A stretch of DNA of 64,000 nt, from NCBI GenBank assembly GCA_905235855.1, contig CAJONE010000005.1, positions 1,550 through 65,549 on the forward strand, given 5' to 3'. The position numbers and the translations under genes were made by a program. The stretch is from an uncultured Bacteroidales bacterium (GTDB lineage Bacteria; Bacteroidota; Bacteroidia; Bacteroidales; P3). The notes under the pieces are model-generated. The model saw nothing but the letters and a program-made list of their open reading frames with translations, made no database searches and was not told where the DNA came from. Positions 46,855-55,800 of the stretch are shown piece by piece; the first letter of the stretch is position 1; each line of letters starts with the position of its first letter.

Positions 46855-49800
46855 TCACCTGCAAACACCTGTGTTTAGGCGTAGATATTGCAGAGTCTGA
46901 AGAAAAAGAAACCGATATTCCTGACTCCACGGAGGGACTTGCGGAATGATTTTATTTTTGAGTTGAACTGTTCGGCGGATGCGTTGGTGGAGCGTTGGTT
47001 GTAGTAGTTGAACCAGCGTCGTCCGCTCGGCCATGCCCATGCCTCCGCGCCGGAACTGGTCCTCTATGCTCTCGTCCGTCTGCGCATCCTCTGTCGCATC
47101 TTCTTCGCCGTCGCGGAAACGGATGTCGTCGTTGGCAGGGTCGAATGTTCCGACGTTCTCGGTCGCGCTCTTTATCTGGTTGGGCGACATCGGTATGTAG
47201 TCGGTTGATAGCGGTGGTTCGCTGCCGTCTCTCAACTCTCCCGCGTAGCCGCCCTCGCGTATGTTACGCACAATCACCCCGTCGTAGCCGTTCTTTGCGG
47301 CGTTGTGCACCTCTGCCTCCATCTCCAGTGTGCCTGCATCTCCCCACGTCTTGCCGCCGAAGTCAATCACCAGAGGGTTGCGCATGTTCACATAGCATTC
47401 GTACACGTCCGGCACACGCTCCATGCCGATGCTCACAATCTCGTCTATTGGCGTTTCAATCCCGACATATTCCAGTATGTCGCCGAGTATTTCCCTGTCA
47501 AGGTGGTCTCCTGCTTCGAGTTTTTCTCTTATCACATCGGCAAAATTCCCCCAGCCGTACAGTTCATCAACTTCATAGTCTCCGTCTGTTGCAAACTCTG
47601 CCAACTGCCTTGCTGAAATGTCGTCAATTGCCACCTTTTGCCCGTTTACTTGCAGTATGCAATCAGCTTCGCGTTTGAACATGTCTGCGGTGCTGCGGTC
47701 GTTGCTGAAAAACGACGGCGTGTTGAATATTCGTATCTGCTCGCCACTCCTGCTGCCGTGGTACACCACCTGCGGCTCGCCGTTCTCGTCCACCACCTTT
47801 GATGAATTGGTTTTTGCCGACAGAATATCTTTTAGTATCTTTGCAACATCTCCAAGATGGGAGCCGGTATCAATCCCGGTCTTGAACTCCTCGTCTTGGA
47901 GTTCTTTTTGAAGCGCAACCTCATGCAGATAGAAACGGTGTGTACCGTCCGAATGTGTGACCTCGTTGGCGACAACAATACAGATATGGTTCTCCTCACC
48001 GATTTTCACGGGTGCTGCAAAAGTAACCGAGCCGTAGCCTCTGCCCTTCCAGTTTTCCTGTCGGTCTATTATACGCCCGCCCGATATGATTTCGGGTACT
48101 GCGGCAAATGCAGCAGCCTTTGTGCGTCCGAGTCCATGCGAGATACTGTCCTTGACGCTCCTTTCGTCAAGAAGTATTGTTCCGACACCAGCTCTTTCCA
48201 CTCTCCCGGCATACTTGGTGTCATAATATTCGGCGACACGCTTTGTTATGGGCATATCGTCTTTTTCAAATTCGTTCCCGGTCAGGCGCGCTACCACGTC
48301 GTCACCAAGCAGATAGGCTGCAATTGCCGCTTTCTCCCAATCGCCAAACATCGTCTTGAAAGCCTGTGTCCGTACCTGCTTCCACTGGCGGTCGTCCAGC
48401 TTGCTCGGTTTACCGTTGGGTGCTTTCTTCCATGTGCCGTCGGCTTTGGCTTTGCGCTCTATCTCCATCTCCTCGGCCCGAATGTCGGCCTGCCGTTCCG
48501 CCCGCGTCTTTCCGTCGCGTAGCGTTATGTCGTCCTCTGCTGCCATTCCCTCTCTCTGCTTCTCCACCTTCCAGTCTCTGCCGTAAGGTGCCTTGTCCGC
48601 ATACTCTCCCACGCCCAGCTCGGCCTGCATCGCTATGTCCTGCGCCTGTCTCACATATCCCCAGTTGCCCTCGGGCTCTGTCAGGTTCTTCCAGCTCCGC
48701 CACAGCACAAACCTCAACTCGTTCTCCGTGATGGTGTGGTTGCCGATCCAGTCGCCCATACCTATCTTCTTCACCATCCTTATGAACCAGTCTTTCACCA
48801 TCCTCCACCAGCTCTCATACTGTGGGTGTTCGAAGTTCTGCGTCTCCGCCATTTTCGCCATATACTCCTCTGTGGCGGTGCGGACGTTCCAGTTGTATTT
48901 CTTCGAAAGCGACGCTATCTCTCTCCTTATATCCTCCGTGCTGTGGGCATACACGTCGTCCAGGAACGTGTCGAAGTTCTCTCCAAACAACTCCCTCAGT
49001 CCGTGGTGTGCCACCCCTTCGTGGAGTATAGTATGGAACACATCGTCCATCCCCGTGTTGTTGTACATGATGACGTATATCTTCCCCGTCTTGGTGTCGT
49101 ACCACCCTTTGGCTCTCTTCTGGCGGTCGGTCAGGTTCATGCCTTCCAGCTCGTCGATGTCCAGCACCACGTTTACTCGGTCGCCCAGGTTCAGCTTCTC
49201 GGCAAACCTCTCGGCCGTCTTCTTCCGCTGGTTCCACACTCTCTCTATGTGGCGGTCGAACTGCGCCTTCGTATACCCTGCCTTCTTCGCCCTCTTCAAC
49301 GCCTCGTCGTATGGCGTGTAAGTCACCTGCGGCCCTTCGCCTATCCTCGTCACTACCGAAATATCGTTCTCGCTCTCGGCCTCTTGTGAATTATTTTTTG
49401 CAGTTTCGGGATAATTCAGTAATTTTGCAGCTGAAAACGAGTTGTTGCCTGAGCGGGGGAGTTCGCCATTATTGTCGTCTCCATGTGTCCCTTCCAACAA
49501 CTCGATTTCTGTTATTTCATAGCTGTAAGCTTTCGATTTTTCGTTTTCACTATTGTAGCGCTTTACCGTTGTTTTGACACGGTAGAGTTGGCCATCAATG
49601 TCTATTCCACCATACAAGCGTACAACGTCTTTCAAGTGTCTGTCGCCTTTTTTGTCATCATGAACCTCTCCAACAATGGAGTTTTCTATGATACTCGGCA
49701 TAACTTTCAGAGCAGAAAGGTGAACATCTTTGTTGTCGCTCTTACTGACAGCCTTTTCGCTTAGGTATTTGTCAACGGCTGTGCTGCTGATATTGACGTT

Positions 49801-52800
49801 TCCTATTTCTGGGTTCTCATATTCTCCGACAATGTTTTGCTTTGCCCACTTTCGCGCCTCCTTGAAGTCCTTGAAACCATGTTCCTTCTCCGCTCCAACA
49901 ATATTGACAGTTCTATTGTCATTCTCATCACCTCCCACCTTCTGGAACATTATCCCCTCTTTCCCTCTCACCGTCTCCAGCGTCACGTTCTTTCTGCTCT
50001 CCTCGTTGCCGTGCTCGTAGCTCACCACAGTAAGCCCTGCATCCTCCAGCGCCTGCCGCACATCCTCGCTCACGTTGTCCGGCACCACCGCCACCTCGAA
50101 CTCGTCCAGCATTACGGGACGTTTGAACTTCGTCTCGAAATACTTGGCCGGCAATGTCTTCACGTCTTCTATGAAGTTCATAAGTTGCGATGCCAGATCG
50201 CTGTCTTTGGCGATGTCGTAGCCGTACTCGCTGTTAAGGTATGCTATCGGGTCTCTCTTGGTCAACGCCTCCTGCAGTCTGCTCTCAGCGATGTCGTTGT
50301 TGATAAACGGGTTGCTGTCTATCTTCTTCATATCCGAAATCTGTCCCACGATGTCAAACAGCTCGTTGCTCAGTTCTTCGGTTCTCTGCTCCATCTGGCT
50401 CTTGCCGTCGCCGTCCTCTATGACACCTCTGTTCAGCAACTCTTTGTGTTTCCTAATGTCGCTCAGGCTTTTGAACCTCGGTAGCAGTATGGCTCTTGTC
50501 GGACCGAATCCTGTCTGGTCGTAGCTGTTCTGCTCTGCGTTTTTGTTCATGAGCTTGCTGGCGTTCTCCACCGTGTTCGGCACATACCTTCTGTTTCCGC
50601 TTGGTGTCCATCCTGCAAACAGCTTCTCGTCTATGTCCTCGTCGTTGAACAGCGTCTCTTTCCACTTGTAGTATTCTTCAGCCAGTCCTTCCTTGGCTAC
50701 CATATAGTCCGCATCGCTGTCCGTTCCGTACCAATCCACCTCTGGCTCATTGCGTCTCCGCTCGTCCATCTGCAGTCCGTGCAGGTAGTTGTCCGTGGCG
50801 TTGAAGTACATCCTGCCTTTCTCGTCAACGTACTTCGCACGCTTAGCGTCAATGAGCAACTGTTCGGCTTTCTTCCTCTTCTCCTCGTCGGCTATACCTG
50901 CGGTGGCTTTCTTCGCCTCGTTCTCTATGTCGCCCATTATGAGTTTTAGGAGCTCATCTTTCTGCTCCTGTGTCAGGTCGTCAAAAGAGACGTTCGAGAG
51001 GTTATCTGCTCCCGTAATCTTTCTTGCTGCTTCGTACTCCTCCGGTGTGCTGTCTATCCTCTTCATCTTCTTCTTCGGGTCATACCCTTTCTGCTTCAAG
51101 AATATGAACGCCAGGTTGTGTGTGTCGCCATCCACGAAACGCTCCAGCTGCTGCTTCAGATGTCTTTCCAGCTCTTTGTCTCCGTTCGCTGCCTCTTTCG
51201 CAATCTGATCGAAGTGTTTCTCTCCCTGCTTGGTCATCATCTTGGTGATGCTGGGATAAGTAGGAGTCCATGCGTCGCCTGCGTATGTGCCTGCATTCCG
51301 CCCTGTCCTGCTGTCTATCAGGCTTGCTTTCGGTATCAGGCTTATCTCGCCGTAGACATTCAGCGTGCCGTTCTTCGTGTCTATCACTGCCATGCTCGGG
51401 TTGGCGAACCCGCCCTGCTTCAATGCCTTCTTCAGCTTCTCCTCGCTTATGTTGTGTACGCCCATCAGCGTCTTCTCCTCCGTCGCTCTCGGGTTGTACC
51501 CTCTTGCCAGGTCGCCCATCACCATGTCGGCGAAGTCGTCGGCTGTCAGGTTTTCTACCCCCTCCACCTTGCCTGCGAAGAGGTCACGTGCCATGTTCCA
51601 GAACTTGCTCAGTATCTCTCTCAGCTTGTGGAACATCGTGGCCACCTTCGCCTTCTCGAATACATCGTGGGTCTTCGACATCTCCTCTCTCATGTCCGCC
51701 TCCAGACGTTCACGCCCTCGCTTGCCGCTGTAGTGGGCAAACACCTCATCCGTCAGCTCGTCCTCGTTCTTCAGCTCCGGGTAGCGTCCTCTCACGTACT
51801 CCCACAGCCGTCCGTCCTCCACGCCTTTCATCTCCTCGGTCAGCTGCGCCCATGCCGTCGGGTTGGCTTTCCGCAATCCCTGCGCCCACAGGTGCGTGTA
51901 CTCGTGTATCGGTGTGTCGGGTGTCGCCACTCGCGGGTCTATGTATATCTCGCCGTTCAAAGTGTACCCCAGCACCTCCCCGTCCTCCGTCTTGAAGAAC
52001 ATCGGCTGTCCTTCCATCACGCTCTCCTTCATCTCGGGTGTCACGTCCACGCTCCACATCGTGAGGCCGTTGTCGCCGATATTCGGCAACTCCACCTCCC
52101 CGGTTTTCACTCCCCACTTCTTGCCGTACTTGTCCATGAACCTCGGCAGTATCTGGTCGTAGAACCCTTTCATCCCCTCGCCTCCGATATGCATGCCCTC
52201 GCCTTCGATGGTTTCCCACTCGGTATTCATTATTTTCTCTGCAAGAGACTTGCCAAACACCTCTGAAACGTGTTTGCCATTGGCATTTTCCATAAGTCCA
52301 TTGGCTTGTGAAATAATGCCATCTTCCGAAATGTACATGGCAGACTGACCACGCTCTGGGAATTTTAGATTTACCATTTTCACATCTTTCCCATCCCGTT
52401 TTACTGTCTGTATGTCTATCTTCTCTACGGCTTTACTCAGGTCGTACCTCTCCGCCTGCTGCTCGCCCTTAGTCCAAGCCACCTTGTCGTAGCCGTTCTC
52501 GGCGGCATACCGCAGCATGCGCTTCATGCACACCTCGTGCCAGTTCTTGTCAAACGGCGCGTCGGGAACATCACCTGCATTTCTTCCATTCACTCGTTCC
52601 CACTCCATTTGTGCCTCTTCTGCATCATTGAGTGCTTTAACCAGTTTTTCGTGTTTGCGCCATTCGTCTTCGCTTCTTTCTAACGGGTGCTTGATACCTT
52701 TCTTTTCGAGTTCATCATTGTAATCCTGAAGTTCGTCCCAAGCATCTTGACTTGCTTTTATCAAACGTTGCAATTCCTTCGGACGATATCCCTTCTCTCT

Positions 52801-55800
52801 TCCCTCCTGATGCCTATTGCTCTGTATCTCGTCGATGACCAGTACGCGCTTGCCGTCCTTGTCCGTCGTCTCTCCGAACCTCACCCACGCCACGGCGCGG
52901 CCCTCGCCTGCGTCGCCGAAGTGTATCTCGTCGCTCTCTTTCCACGGCTCGATGGTCGGCACGGTCAAGGCTATCTCGCTCCTGTTCTCCAAACCCTCGG
53001 TGGTGTATTCCAGGCGAGTGGAGTTGATGTATCTGTAACCATCTATAGATTCAAGGTAGTCTTCAAAACCATCATTGATTTCTATTCTGCCGCCTGTTCC
53101 GTCTAAAGCCATATTGAAGTCGTCACCATAACGCTCTATCATCTCGTTCCATGCGCCCTCCCAGTTCCCGTCATGTTCCTTTATCAATTCATCGTATTCT
53201 TGTTGCAAGGCAGTTAGACCGCTCTCCGAATAATTCACCTCTTCAATCTGAAGGGCATTCTCACGGATATAGTCCAGCACCTCCTGCTTGGTGAGGCTCT
53301 TGCCTTTCTGCTCGTTGAGCCAGTCGCTTAGTCCCGTCCACTTGTCCTCGCCAGCTTTCAGTCCGCCGTTCTTGGTGAGCATGGCCTTCCACTGCTCCGC
53401 CGTGGCTTTCTCTTGCTTTATACCCTCCACGGCTCTCATCGCATTCGAATAGAACACAGGCTTCATCTCCGGCACATACTCGCCACCCTCGGCCTTGTGG
53501 AATCGTATCTTGTCGACTATCTTGAGGTTGTTCTCGTCGAAGACGACGTAGTTCTTCGCCCCGTCGCTCCGGCCACCGCTCATATACTCCGCAGGGTACT
53601 TGATGCCCACGTAGCCCATCGAGTGCAGGAACTCCGAAGCAGCCTTGTCGCTGCCGGTTATAGCGGTAATGATGTTGTGGTAGACAGCACCGCCCTGTCT
53701 GTTGGTAGCCTCCCCAGCGTTCAGGTACTCTCTGTCGAGCCATTTGTCTATACTCACCTCGTCCGACTTCGGATACCTCTCCTTGGCTATCGGCATTAAG
53801 CGCTCTTTTATCTCATTCCACCTCTCCGTTTCAGGCAGGTTGGTGTAGTCAAAGTAGTTGCTCCCGTCGTCGTCGGGTATCTCCACCGTGTAGAGGATTT
53901 TGTCATAATCATTCTCATTAAAACGTCTTTTGTCTTCTTCCCTAAGTTTTGTTAGTTTCTCCTCTGCCTTTTCGTAATTCTCTTTTGCTTGTTCTTTATC
54001 TTCTTCGTTGGCGTGTTCGTAATCCCATAAAGCATTTAATAAGTCTTTATTTGCGGCTGTGATTTTTTTAGATAGTTGTCCTCTACTTGTGCTCTCCGCA
54101 TACATCCTCCCAATCCCTTCCACCTCCGTAACGTAGGTGCCATATCCGTAAGCCTGCGCCCCTTCGCCCTCGCCCATGTGCGAGTGGTCGAATGCCTCAA
54201 AGTCAGCACCGCTGCCGTGGTAGGCTCGCATCTCGCGCAAATTGCTCTGCGGCAGGTCGTGTTCCACTGGGAAATAGCTGTAATTCCCTCCCACGTCCTT
54301 GGTGTGCAGCTTGCAGTCCGCATCTATCACGCTGATGTTTCCGGCTGCGTCGCGCACGATGTTGCTTTTCTGCAGGTCGGCCACTATTATCTCGCCGTTG
54401 CTGAAGGCTGAGTTCTCCTTGTTTATGGGCTTGAATCCAAGTCCGGCCATGTACTCCACGCGCTCCTGCTCGGTCAAAGGTTTGCTGTTGGAAAAATTGA
54501 CAATGGGCTGTTCCAGCACACGGACAAAACCTTTTCCAAAGTCTCCATACCCAACTATCTTATATGCAGAGTTGGGAAACACATAGTTGAACAGGGGAAT
54601 GTTGTCAAGGTCGGGTCTGAAACGCTTGCCTTCGGGCTTGCCGTGCGAGAGTTTTATGACGTGCGTACCGTCCTTGGCGGCGTACACGTCGCTGTCTGTG
54701 CCGCTGCCGATAGGTTCTGTGTTGTCGGTGAAATCTGTGAGGTCGGTGTGCCAGTTGCCTGTAGCTTTAGCCCACCGCTCTAACAGCTCTTTCTTCTTTG
54801 CCTCGATAGCTCTTCTTCCTGACGGACGAGTTCGTTCATTCGGTCTGACTGTGCTTTCAGAAACTCGTGTGAAAAGTGCATCGAGAGCGTTCTCTCGCGC
54901 TCTTTCATACATTCTTCGTTCCACTTCCTGTGGAAGTCGTTCAGATAGCCGTCGTCCGTACTTGTTGTCTGGTGTGACATCATCTATGAAGTCTCTAATT
55001 TCTTGCAAAGATACATCATTATATTCACCTGACAAAATAATATTGTACACCTCTTTTGCATCCTCTCTCCGTTTCTCTTCTCTGGCGAGGCGTTTTCTGC
55101 GTGCTTCAGCAACGCTTTTCCCTGTCACAAAAGCCGTGGCTTCGTCTATTACCCTGTTCTGCTCTTCCCTTTCTTTGCGCCTCTCGCTCATCTCGCCCCC
55201 GCTCATCAGTTTCACATTCTCTCTGTACTTGTCCAGCATCTCCTGGCCTTTCTTCGTCACGTAGTGCGTCGGCACGCCCGTGGCTTTCAGCACCTCCACC
55301 ACGCCTTTCGTCAGCTCCTTCTGCTCCTTCGTCGGCTTCGCCGTTTCTCCCTCCGACTTCTGACTCCGCACGTTGGCTCCATACAGGCCCTCTCCCAATC
55401 TCCGCAAGTCGTCTCGGCTCTTCAAACCTTCGCTCTCGTACCACTGTCGCAACGTCTCGTCGGGCACAACACCAGACAGCGACACCAGGTATTCGTCAAC
55501 CTGATGCCCTGCGTTCTTCTTGTAGTTGCCATTGTAGGCAAAGTCCTCGAAGGCTCCGCTGCCCTCGTTCTCTTTCAACCCTTCGACGATACGGCGCACG
55601 TTGGCTCCGATTTCCTCCGGGGTCATCGTCTCGCTGACGGGCGTAAGGCCGAAAGGTTTTTCATAGCCTGTGCCCTCGGCAAGGATACGCTGCTTGCGCT
55701 CCTCCTGGAGTCTTTGCTCCCGGCTCTCCGCTACTGCTCCTCTTCGGTCTCCGTCGGCTTCGTTTCCTCGCTGTCCTCCATCACCTTCTTGTGTGCCTTG

